The notes below the pieces were generated by a model that searched no databases, was not told where the DNA came from, and saw nothing but the letters and a program-made list of their open reading frames with translations. Both the position numbers and the translations under genes were made by a program. Shown here piece by piece: positions 51,246 to 64,000 of a DNA stretch of 64,000 nt (within the stretch, counting starts at the first letter, position 1; each line of letters starts with the position of its first letter). Origin of the DNA: Octopus sinensis (Eukaryota); assembly GCF_006345805.1 (NCBI RefSeq), contig NC_043014.1, forward strand, positions 33,914,001 through 33,978,000, written 5' to 3'.

Positions 51246-54200
51246 TTTACTGACCAAAGACAAAAAATTTTAATTTTTTTACACGGTGTTATTAATCTAA
51301 CTTAATTTCTGTTTGGTCGTTTCAATAGCTCAAAATAACAGCCAAATCTTTCTCAAACCACACCCTGTGATCTTTAAAAAGGAATGATACGTTAGATGTA
51401 GTTTTAGACAAAGTTTGAATGAAGCAAAAATTGATGAGCTGAAACCTCTTTGATCAGTCTGTTGGATAAGAGCTGAGTTGGGGTTAAACACCACCAACTA
51501 CCATTTACATGGTTGCTTGTCCTGTTAGCAGCCAAATTTTTCTCAATTACACCTTACCATACCGTTAGATCTGAAAATTTAAAAAAAAATCAGGATGCTC
51601 ACAAATGGAATGTTAGTGTGTTTAGGTTCCCGTAACTTAGCGGTTCAGCAAAAGAAACTGATGGAATAAGTACTAGGCTTACAAAAAATAAGTCCGGGAA
51701 TCGATTTGATGTTCCAGCATGGTCGCAGTCAAATGACTGAAACAAATAAAAGAATAGAAGAAAAAATACAGAACTGAAAGTAAAATAACTCAAAATCTAT
51801 ATTCATTACAGACCATTTATCGTTTCTTCAACATTGAAATTATGTCCATCTTCGTCGAAATTAGAATTCAGAATATAATCCATTTTCACTTAACAAAACA
51901 CACTGAAATAGATAATTAAAAATATTTTGTACCAATTAGAATATATGGAGGTTTTTGTTGGGGTGGGGTATGTGTAAAAATACCTCATTTTATACTGACT
52001 TTTAAAATTAATCTAGAAATTTACGTGGGAAGGGAGACAACTTGTAATACGAGACATTTCTGATCAGTTTTTTTTTTTTTTGTTCTTCCCTTTTTCCAAG
52101 CAATAAATGAACATACTTATACAGCTAATTATATTAGACGTTTATCATTACTTCGACAAATGCGATGATGGTTGTGTTTTGTTAATTATGAAGGAGTTGC
52201 TGAAAGACAAAAATCATTAACTAATATTGGCTTTGTTTTTCTTTCCTTCTCAAAATATACTTTTATTATTAATTCCAGTTCATATCCTTTAATGTCCCAT
52301 GCATTAAAGTGTGCTAATAACAAACCTAAAATATAATAGATATCTACAGTATGAAAGAGAAAGTCAACGTCATAGGATCAACGGTACTCGAGTTGTCTCC
52401 CTTGAATCAGACCTCGCTCCTTCATATCATGGTTGATGAATTTCCCTTTGGCTTACTAACATTTAAATTTAAGAAAACAAAAACCATTCCAGGAAGAAGT
52501 AGCATGTAGATAATCTTTTCTACTCTAAGCACAAGGTCCGAAATTTTGGGGAAGGAGGCTAGTCGATTAGATCGAGCCAGTATGCAACTGGTACTTAATT
52601 TATCGACCCTGAAAGGATGAAAGGCAAAGTTGACCTCTGCGGAATTTGAACTCAGAACGTAAAGATAGACGAAATACCTATTTCTATTTCTTTACTACCC
52701 ACAAGGGGCTAAACACAGAGAGGACAAACGGATTAAGTCGATTATATCGACCCCAGTGCGTAACTGGTACTTAATTAACCCCGAAAGTATGAAAGGCAAA
52801 GTCGACATCGGCAGAATTTGAACATAACGGCAGACGAAATACAGCTACGCATTTCGCCCGGCGTGCCAACGTTTCTGCCAGCTCGCCACCTTAAGTAGTA
52901 TGTAAATAATGTAAAAATAATGTACTGAATGTTTTTGAACTGAAGATTTCAAAGCTAGTAATCCAATAGGGACTCCACTCAGCCATTGTATAATATATTC
53001 ATTCTGTTTTTTTGCTGTCTTAATTAACTTTAGAAAATGATGATGATGATTATGTGTATCTGTTATTTATCTGTGTTCAAATCACTATCAATTTCTAGAG
53101 TCTTAAATACCGAATGTATCTCTTTCTTTAAATGCGTAGTCTTCTGCCCTAATACCAAATTAGCATCATTGACTGTCCAATATTTCTTAGTATTATTGAC
53201 TGTCCAATGTTTCTTAAATGTCAAAATGACACAGGAGAAAGGAGATTCACACCTTAAATGTCAAAATGACATCAGGGGAAGAGGGACTCAAATCAAATTC
53301 ATTAATATTAGCATAATAATCACATTACTGAATACTGGGCCTTTGAATTCACTTGTTTTAATTTCTTGTTCATAATATCCACTATTTTCCTCCAAACTTC
53401 CATATTCTGCTGTGATATTAAACTTATATGCAGACTGATATTTGTTTCAAGTTTTAGCACAAGGCCGGCAATTTTAGGGAGAGGGGATAAATCAATTACA
53501 TAGTTGCTAGTGCTCAACTGATATTAATTTTATCAACCCTGAGAGGATTAAAGGCAAAAACCTCAGTGGGATTTGAACCCAGAATGTAAAGAACCAGAAG
53601 AAATGCTGTTAAGCATTTGGTCCTACATGCTAACACTTCTACCAGCTTGCTGCCTTACAGGTACACTGGTGTTAAACTGCATACACTACATTGATATCAA
53701 ACCAAATATGCCACACATTGATATCAAATGGCATATCCAACCATATACAACAGACTAGTATTAAACCATCTATGGCCATATTGATATTAAAATATATCGT
53801 GTGATCACATGACTGATCAGGCAGTCAGATGTTGTTACACATCACTGAGTACAATGCGTTTATGCATTGTTTTAGCTTTCAAATGATGCTACCCCACTTG
53901 CTAGGCAAGCAGGCCAACATTCCCCACTGACCGAAAGGAGGACTAGAGCAAAGTAAAATCAAGTGTCTTGGTCAACAATACAACACACCACCCAATCAGG
54001 GAATTGAACCCACAATCTAGCAATCATGAGTGCAACAGCCTAACCACTAGGCAATGTGCCTTCACTATATACCATACTAATATTAACTAAATATGAATAC
54101 ACAGATATGTCCCAAGCACATAATTTCAGGTTCAGTCCCACAGCATGGCACTGTGAACAAGTGTCTTCTACAATAGCCCCAGGCCAACCAAAGCCTTGTG

Positions 54201-56102
54201 AGTGGATCTGGTAGGCAGAAACTGAAAGAAGGCGGCGAGCTGGCAGAAATGTTAGCACGCCAGGTGAAATGCCGTTACATTCTGAGTTCAAATTTCACCG
54301 ACGTCGACTTTGCCTTTCATCCCTTCATGGTCAATAAATTAAGTACCAGTTATGCACTGGGGTCAATGTAATCGACTTAATCCATTTGTCTGTCCTTGTT
54401 TGTCCTCTCTGTGTTTAGCCCCTTGTGGGTAGTAAAGAAATAGGTACTTCGTCTGTCTTTATGTTCTAAGTTCAAATTCTGCCGAGGTCGACTTTGCCTT
54501 TCATCCTTTCAGGGTCGATAAATTAAGTACCAGTTGCATATTGGGGTCGATCTAATCGACTCAATCCCTTTATCTGTCCTTGTTTGTCCCCTCTATGTCT
54601 AGCCTCTTGTGGGCAATAAAGAAATAAGAAACTGAAAGAACCCTGTCATATGTGTGTGTGTATGTGTGTGTGTGCATGCGTGTGTTACTATCTCCAGGCC
54701 TTGATATCATGTGATAGTCATAAGCAGAGTGTCACCAACATACAAGCAATGTCATTCATTTCCAATCTGCAACAGAAATATATCTGAGCCATGAGCCATG
54801 GGGAAATATTACCTGGCTTGGAAATAGGTGAGTGTTGGCAACAGGAAGGGCATCCAGCCATAAAAAATCTATCTCAACAAATTCTATCTGATCCATGAAA
54901 GCATGAAAAAATGGATGTGAAAATAATATTGCTGCTGATGATGATGACGATGAATGTAAAAACATAATAGTAAATATTACCCAGATACATAGTGTGATGC
55001 TGAAGAGAACTTCAAGAAACTAGATATCCTCAAAAATTCTTTCAGTTGCCAACAAGAAGTCTTTCGTAGACATTCCATAACTGAAGAAAACTTTGTAATA
55101 ACTTTTGAGTTTGCATGCCTTAGTACATTGCTAACTGGAATTGGTTACTAAATAATACTGCCAAATCACAGACAACTAATTATTGCAAGAACAGACATAA
55201 TACTACCTATTTCTTTACTACCCACAAGGGGCTAAACACAGAGAGGACAAACAAGGACAGACAAACGGATTAAGTCGATTATATCAACCCCAGTGCACAA
55301 CTGAATACTACCATCATCATCAACATCATCTGCCTTTCATCCTTTCAGGGTCAATAAATTGAGGAGTACCAGTTCAGTACTGGGGTCGATGTACTCAAGT
55401 ATCTCCCTCCCCCAAATTTCAGGCCTTGTGCCTATAGTAAAAAGGATTATCATTATTATTATTATTACTGTGACAGTGAGCTGGCAGAATTGTTGGCACA
55501 CTCGATGAAATGCTTAGTGGTATTTCACCTGTCACAATGTTCAGAGTTCAAATTCTGCCAGAGGTGACTTTGTATTTCATCCTTTCAGAGTTGATAAATT
55601 AAGTACGAGTGAAACACTGGGGTCAATGTAATCGACTGGTCCCCTCCTCCTAAATTTCAGGCTTTGTGCCTATTATTATGGCAGTAAGCTGGGAGAATCA
55701 ACACACTAGACTAAACAGTATTTAACCAGTTTTACCATTTTGAGTTCCAATTCCACCGAAGTCGACTTTGCTTCTCATCCTTTTGAGGTCAATGAAATAA
55801 GTACCAGATGAGTACTCGGGGATCAATGTAATTGACTTGCTCTCCCCCTTGAAATTGCTGGCCTTGTGCCAAAATCTGAAACTAATAATATAAAGTAACT
55901 GTCAAGTATTGGGGTTGATGATAATAAGTTACCCTTTCCCCTCAAAAATTGCTGGCTTTTTCCTAAATTAGAAACAATCATAACTATCATTATTATTATT
56001 ATTATTGGGGGAGAGAACAGTGCATGCCATCAAAGTGACATTGGGGTACAAATATACAAAGCCCAATATACTAACCTGTCTGATAAGGGTACACCAGGCA
56101 CA

Positions 56103-56270
56103 ATCTGGCTGATGACAGTCAAGGCTGATCTGGAACCCAACCTAGGCCCCCATATCTACGGCGTTCGCCGCTGGAATAAGGAGTGGTTGGAGATCACGCG
56201 TTCGTGCAGCACTGAGGATGAAGGAAGCCAGCTCAACCCATCCCAGGTGAATGCTGTCTCAAGACAAGAC
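56103..56270 (+). mobile_element. Short 3' end of a second RTE-type LINE inserted into a longer repeat (about 56006-56640)
   Basis: Encodes WLMTVKADLEPNLGPHIYGVRRWNKEWL and ends ...caacccatcccaggtgaatgctgtctcaagacaagac, resembling recalled RTE C-termini with CAAGTA-like tails. Confidence 0.5.
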
Positions 56271-58899
56271 GACACATGCATCACAATCATATGTGTGCAA
56301 CATGGTGAGCTCATATCAAGATAAACAATGCATGACCTTGCATGTGGGGCCCAGTTCAAATTTTGTTCAGGTTGAGTTGCCTATCCTGCTCAAAAGGTCC
56401 CAGAATAAGGTTTGTTTAAGGATGATGAACAAAACATCCTTGTTACCTGAAATGAATTATTCAAACCCCAAAGAATTCCTCTCTACGCATGGCTATGATA
56501 CTCCTCCACTACTTCTACTCATGATCAGAGATGCACATATTGCCAGCCACTAAGAGACATGCTCAAGTGGTTAAGGTCAAGCAACTGACAAGCAAATCTG
56601 TGGTACTGAGCAGAATATTTGCTGTAGCCCATCTTTTATATGAAAATAAAACATGTTTATTATTATCATTGTTATTAAGGTGGTGGATAACAGAATCAGG
56701 GGAACAATGGGAAAATGCCTTCCATTTCTTCCACCACTTTATGTTCTGGTTTCAAATCATACCAAGGCCAACTTTATTTATTATCCCTCCAAGGTTGATA
56801 AAATAAAGTACCAGTCAAGTACTGGGATCAATGACATATTCCTTTAATTTGCTGGTTTTGTGCCTAAATTAGAAACAATTACTGTCATTATTATTAGGAT
56901 GATGTAAGATGGTGAGCTATTAAAATCATTAGAACACTGGACAAAATGCTTAGTGGCATATCATTCATCTTTATGTTATGAATTGAAATTTCACTGATGT
57001 CAACCTTGCTTTCATCCTTGTGAGATCAAAAAACAAGTACCAGCTGAGCACTGGAATCAATGTAGTCAACTTCCCTACACCTCAAAATTGCTGAAATTGT
57101 ACCAAAATAAGAATAGATTATTTGGTGCTACATAACAGACAACTAGCACACTGAAAAGTGGTTGGTGTTAGGAAGGGCATCAAGCCATAGAAATTATACT
57201 AAAACTGATGGCTGGAGCCTGGTGTAGCCCTCTTGCTTTGCTAGCTCCTGTCAACCCATCCAACCCATGCTAGCATGGAAAACAGATGTTAAATTAAAAT
57301 GATGATGATGATGATGGATGGAGTAGCAGAATAGTTGGAGCACAGAAACAAAATGCCCTGTAGCATTTGCCTTAACTTTTTGCATTCTGAGTTCAAATTA
57401 GAACGAATTTACACTCCTCAAAATCATTATTGGCCTTGTGTCTACATCCAAAACAAATTATTGATAAAATGAATTACCAAACAAGTATTGGAGTCAATGG
57501 AAACAACTAAACCCCTCCTCTCAAAATTTCTTGCTCTGTGCCTAAATCAGAAACAACAAAAACAACCACCACCTCCAACATTTGATAAAATAAAGTACTC
57601 AAGTACTGTGACTGATAAAGCCCTCCCTCTAAAATTGCTGGCTTTGTACCAAAATTTGAAAGAATTATTATTTCACTAATTCAAAGGGTGTTAGTGGTAT
57701 CAACTCTCCTCAAAATTGTTGGCCTTAGCCAAAGATATGCTAGTCATTCCTTTCACATCTTATTTCTTGACATAGTGTATCTATACATTATCCCTTGTAT
57801 CCTTCCTTTTTCAAAACAGGGTATTATTTGAGGATAATTTAGCTGCTATTTCTAGCAAGCTGAGAGACCACATAATTATAATGATGATGATAATCCTTTC
57901 TACTATAGACACAAGACCTGAAATTTTGGGGAAGGAGTTAAGTCGATTACATTGACCCCAGTACTCAACTGGTACTAATCCTGAATGGATGAAAGGCAAA
58001 GTCAACCTTGGCAGAATTTGAAGTCAGAACATAAAGACGGACGAAATACCACTAAGCATTTTGCCCAGCATGCTAATGTTTCTCAGTTTGCTAGAAACAG
58101 CAGCCAAATTATCAGTTCAGTCAAAGCTGAACAAGTATACTAGTACACTACTATCAATAATATCACCTCTACTCTATTAATATTAGTATCAGTGCATTTA
58201 CTCTGTTCTGAACTCAATAACATCTTAGCATATGTCACATGTATGTAGGAATTTAAACATTCCATATGTAAAAATTAATAACCATAATTGAAAAATGGGT
58301 TTGTCATCAACATTCCTTAATTAGCATAACTATAACAAAAGAAAACTTACTATACTATGATTAGTAAATGTGCAAAACAAGTGGAGGACAGGGTGGTAGG
58401 TGATGATAATGATGATGATGACAATGATTGCAATAATTATAATGAGGTTGAAGAGGAGAAAAAATAAAAAGGAAAAAAGTTGTTTTTTTTACTTTTCAGT
58501 AGGTAGCTGGAAATTTTATAAGGGTGCAAGTATAGACAATTGAAATGACCGCTATACATTCAAAATTACTAATTTTTTTAATTCAGAACACTGAAACACA
58601 AAAGAATGAAACTAAATTCTGTGCCTCACTATATATCTGCCAAATCTCATTGGACCTCTACATTTCTATAACAAATACTGACCAATCATCTCTCTGTATC
58701 TCTATAATAATACTGACTAATTACCTCTCTGTACATCTATATGTTAATACTAAACAACTACCTCTCCCTATTTACATTTTTGTATTACTTTTCTCTATTA
58801 GCATCATTAACTGATCATCTCTTTCACAATAACCCTTTCGATTATTGAGTATAAAGACACATTACTTCATCCACTGCCAATGACTAACCCTCTATAAAA

Positions 58900-59345
58900 C
58901 TCAAAAAAGACATACAATGGAGTACTTACTTCACATACATCTGGAATGGTGCTGCAACAACACTCAAACAGGCATCCTAGATTGCATCTCAAAAAGCAGC
59001 CACCTGACTAACTGGCATCAAATCACTCACCAACACACTCCAACCTCTAGCCTACAATTATGCTGTCCCCTTTTCTACTGCTACTAAATGACCACTATTC
59101 CTAACAGCTGAGTAGTCATGCAACTACCTCCACTCAGGTATACCCATCTCAATCATCTCTTTTCCTTATCACTTATATTGTATCCCCTCTCCATCTCCAG
59201 AGCCCTCACTAACCAGTATGGCCAGTATATTCTCTCTCAAGATCATCCCTTTGAAATTCTCTTTGACTTTTTTTCCCCTTTTTTTCTTGCAGCTATCAAT
59301 TCACAACTATTGAAGAGGATTATTAACAGCATTATCACCAGTTTC
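58900..59345 (+). mobile_element. Highly degenerate CR1-group LINE 3' fragment
   Basis: Frameshifted MEY/SHIWNGAATTL...SLTNTLQPLA, like recalled CR1 C-terminal blocks. Confidence 0.5.
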
Positions 59346-62300
59346 TGAAGAACATAAAAGCCACATTCATACTAGTAGTCATCTCTGCAACACACATCAA
59401 TTGAAAACCTTCACATCCAGCTGCTCTCTCAACTCAACTGGACATGGTGCCCAGTTCTCCCAACCATGTTAAACTACACTTCTTCAACATGATTTACAAA
59501 CAGGGATTCAGTTCCCTGAATTTCTTCCATCTTTTATTTTAACCAAACTTTCTTCTACTTTCAAGCCTGGTCTATCTGTTTGAGCATTTGTGAACGTTTA
59601 TCAGATGTGGTGGTTGTAGTATTCAGTTTTCCATTCCAGTTTACAATTCTTTTAATACTTTCTGATCATTAATAATTTGTCTTTGCTGGTTAATTTGATT
59701 ACTTTTTCCTGCAAGAGGACAAACTTGTTTATCTGGGTAAAAGCTGAATTATTTGATTCACTGTCATACCAACGTTAAGTATATTTTATAGAGTAAAAAA
59801 CCCACTAGAGCTGTAGTTTAGCCAGTTCGAATTTATATGGAACCAATGGACTAAGATGAGTAGCAGAAACCTTGTATGTACCCAGCATTTATTTGTCCTT
59901 TCCCCCATTCGATAAGCTCAGAATTCAGCATCCTAAAGTGACAAGATTTTAAGAATGAATGCTTGTATTCTTTATTACTTTAGCATCAAACATGCACCTG
60001 ATACAGCTACCAAGTAACCTTACTTTGGAACCATCCAGACCGCTGGTAGAGGGTTGTTACTGCCTAAATGCCATTTAGACCATTCTTGGTCTAAATGCTA
60101 TTTTAGAAATTTCAGAAACAGCTGATACCTCTAACACTGAACCTTGAGATCACTCTACCTACACACTCAGACTAACCGCTATTGATGAAGGAATACACAA
60201 ACAAGCACCTATACATCCTTAATAGTAAGACAAAAATGTACTTAAAGGCATTTTTTAAAGCTTACGATTAACAGATGCGTTCTCTATGCTTGACGGTCCA
60301 TACACACTCCACCTAACTTCCCTTACAAGAATGAATGAAGAATGTCAACAAACTTTTGAAGCCACTTCGAAGAGTGGGTGAGAGTAAAGCTTTACTTAAG
60401 CTGCACATCCATGAAAACGAGTTTTGGTACTTAACGAGTTGAATGTGTACGTTCTGAAACTGCATGTGTACACTTTGAAGTCCAGCATTACATTTCCAAG
60501 TGGCATGTCTACACTCTGAAGTTGAGTATGTATCTACTGAAGCAGCATGTGTACACACCTGTAGTCGCATGTGTACGTATTGAAATCGAGTATGCACACT
60601 AATGTTGCTTCTGTATATTTTGATTTGTCCCAGGCGCATTCTAAAATCGAGAGTTCATACTCTATATTCGATTGTTTTCACAAAAAAGTCCATCTCATTA
60701 TTTATCTTTTAAAATGTGTTTCTATAATTCTTTTTTAAATACTCATTAGTAGCGTGATCTCTGCAGATTAGAGATGAATCAACAAGTTTCTGATGCATTC
60801 AATTAGCTACTTTCGTTTATTTACCCAGTATGATTAATACATCTAGCTTTAAAAATTCGGCTATCTAAATGTGTATTCATTTGTTTTGTTTTACGGCAGA
60901 GTCTAGCTGGCAGAAACGTTAGCGCGCCGGGCGAAATGCTTAGCAGTATTTCGTCTGTTGTTACGTTCTGAGTTCAAATTCCGCCGAGGTCGACTTTGCC
61001 TTCCATAAATAAAGTACCCGTTTCGCACTGGGGTCTATGTAATCGACTTAATCCCTTTGTCTGTCCTTGTTTGTCCTCTTTTATGTTTAGCTCCTTGTGG
61101 GCAGTAAAGAAATATATCTTAATCATTCTGATGTGTATATTTGTTAATTAGCATTATATGAAAACTCGTTGTTAAAATACAATACAGCAGAAGTTATGGA
61201 ATTCCCTTATCCGTATCGGATCGTACTAATGCGATATAATCATTCATGCTTTAATAAACTCTTTAACATGGAAATTCCACCACAATATTCCGTGATCTAG
61301 CTTCACCAAGCACGCAACTAACAAGTTAAAACATGTTTACTGTTGCTAAAAGAAATAAAAGAAAAAGGAATCTTTTTTTATATATTAATTTAGCGATTAT
61401 AAGAACTTACTTATAAAAATTTTGTTCCTTTTCTCTCTTAACTGATCGATTGACCGTGCTTAGAAAGTAATCTTATCAAATCAGTACAAATATATACAGT
61501 CAGAAATATTTTTAAATTCGCGTATTTCGTGCGCCATGAACTTTTCTTGGAGAAAGTAGTAGTTACAAAAGTCGAAATGTGAGCGCTGGAAAAAAAAACA
61601 TAAAGCAGTACAGGAACGATACGAAACGAAAGATTTTTTTATTTTTTAGGTAATATCGTTTCTGAAATAGCAATGTAAACAGCGTTGTTATTATTATTAT
61701 TTAACCCCAGATATGTTCTAACAGAGCAAACCTATAATCAAAATAATTCCAGTTATAATCATTCCATCTTTTTAAGAGTATCTAAAACTAATACAGTCTA
61801 AAGTATATATTTTTTATAAGACGATAGGGCATGATTTGAGGGAGATTTGGCTTCTATTTCTGACAGGGCGAGTAATCATGTAAAGGTTCCCTCATTGTCA
61901 TTGTTAAATAAGCTACTGAGATCTCGACGAGCTGAAAATGCGACCTGACTTAAGAATGAAGCTAATTAACTAATGCTCTTCAGAAAGGATTGATGGTTAA
62001 TTCATTGATTCATTCACATTTTTATACATTTGTAGTTTTTTTATAAGTCGAAATATTGATTTTGTGATTTGTTTCCAGAAACATAATATCTAAGGTTTAA
62101 AACATGTAATTCAGAAAGAAAATCTTTTCGAAAAATATCAGAAAATGTTACGCATAATTTAAACAAAAGTGAGCTGAGAGTGGCCAGTGGCATGTATTTG
62201 AACAACATAGACAAATGCGGGTATATCAAATACCATACAACATAAATTCTTGATTTTTTTTTTTTTTATGTTTCAATTACCTCCAACTTGACATTTATCA

Positions 62301-64000
62301 CAGTTAGCAAATGGCAATTAAGACCAGCTCCACTTGAGAAAGGGGGATAATCTCAAGAGTCAAGAATTTTCTCCAAAATTGACATGCCATTAAGGAAAAA
62401 GACAAGCGTATTGTCTGCAAGTAAGAGGACAGTCGTGGATCCGTGTTTCTACCTCAATAAATGTCATCATCATGACAGCTGTCCAAACCTATCTCCAGCA
62501 GCCAAAGGACGTAGACATACGCAAAAAGAGTTGAAGACATTTACGACCAAGGTAATTTACATAAATTAAGCAAAAATGAGCTAAGAGAAATTACAAACAC
62601 ATCATTTTCTGGAGCTACAGTATATACATTACATCTCATCTAAAACGCCACGCCTTTGCTATCAAGTAACTGGAGATAGCTACTAAATATCTGATCAATA
62701 AAAGAGATAAGGACGCATCTGGACCTCCATGTTGTGATAGAAAATGTCGACTGTCACAAACCAGAGTAAATATCAAAAGAGTCCACATCGTCTCTGAAAA
62801 CATTTACCATGTTATACACAAGAAGGATTGTCATGATGGTTATACTAAAGGCCATACCAGAACCGGAATGTATTCCCACTTTTAAAAATAAATAATAGCG
62901 GTGAAATATTCCAATAAAAGTAGAAACTCTATATTCTTCAAAGGGACAAGAAGAAAAAGCCATACATTATTGTAGAGATCAGCCGCCCGCCGAATGATAA
63001 ATATTTTATCGAAAATTAGTGACAAAAAGAAATATCTATGGATAATTATGTAACGGCAAAAATTGATTAGTTACTCAATATTATGATATGTTGTGGTCAG
63101 CAGATGCAACGATAAAAAGTTTGTTGTTATAATTGAATACTGTTGGATGTGAAAGATGAACAAGGCATGAAGTTTTAAGAAAGTATTTATTTACCGTTAC
63201 GTTACAAATACCATGCCTCGACGAGCAGGTTTTGATACATCCAAAAGCATGCGAAGTAAAGTTTCTGTTTGTGTTCTCTTCATTGTTTAGTAGTAATTAC
63301 AGAGAGAGATAGAATGATGTTGTAAGAGAACAGAATTGAAGCTAGTGTGTGGGACATTGTCTTTCTTTTCCCCTCAGGCCGTTTTGTCTGCCTGCCCCCA
63401 TGATTCTAGAGGTCGGTTCACTAACTGATGTTAGCTCTCTCTCAACTCACGAGTTTGTCACCAAGGTGACTAACTGATTTTTGCTTGGGGTGTGCTTGCT
63501 TATATAAAGATCCAGAAGGATAGATATATCATTGAGAACAATAGATTTAGTTGGTGGTCTTGTTATCTCTATTCTAGCTTTTGGTGAAGTAGAAGAGGTT
63601 AGAAAGGGTCAAGTGGCGAAGACATTATTTCGGCCAAGCTAAAGACATCTGGAAAATGTAAAACTGCTGTCAGAGAAAAACCTTTTATACCCAGGTTATA
63701 GACTTTCATTCAGGCTTCTTATCATAAGAGAACAGAGCTACGAAAGAGATTTGCATAAAATCCTAGAAATTATGAGTTTCTCAAAAAAAGACAAAAAGAT
63801 ATGATTTACATTCTCCAAATACAGTCGATTAGTGGTACTGCGAAAATTTACAAAGCATTCGGGGCATTTGTAGTTTGAGTATGGAATATACACACGAAGA
63901 TTCACATTCACAAATACACAAGCAGACGTACATTTACAAAATACAACATAACTAGCAATGAAGCATACACTCTTTTGTACCAAAGTAACATTCACTATCT

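Noticed and set aside
54981-55080. Minus-strand exon-like segment (ttttcttcag|...TGG|gtaata) whose phase would fit the 48397 acceptor
   Set aside because: It lies upstream of the better promoter candidates and has no family motif. The plus strand reads LKNSFSCQQEVF..., resembling a decayed hAT transposase. Left unassigned.
63738-63995. YKCPECFVNF as a C2H2 zinc finger
   Set aside because: The two histidines are missing and L is out of register.

Overview
AT-rich, microsatellite- and SINE-dense eukaryotic DNA. The repeat families resemble those of octopod cephalopods; this is recalled, not searched. Most of the window is one minus-strand spliced gene. Ten coding exons (48393 to 2249) chain with consistent GT-AG phases into 624 codons carrying PROSER3-family motifs, and the gene runs off the left edge. 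About 2.6 kb upstream of the putative ATG is a 375-bp solo-LTR-like element. It holds a 14-unit heat-shock-element array, a TATA box, an initiator and a GTAAGC donor, all pointing into the gene; this is the most interesting signal. The introns contain a degraded Tc1 transposon interrupted by a young 5'-truncated RTE LINE with an intact RT ORF and a PHD-type finger. They also hold hAT, pogo/Tigger and Helentron-like non-autonomous elements, several tRNA-derived SINE families, a tRNA-Phe pseudogene, local tandem and inverted duplications, and many microsatellites. Most ORFs in the supplied track are microsatellite or repeat artefacts. Repeat boundaries are approximate unless TIR/TSD positions are given.
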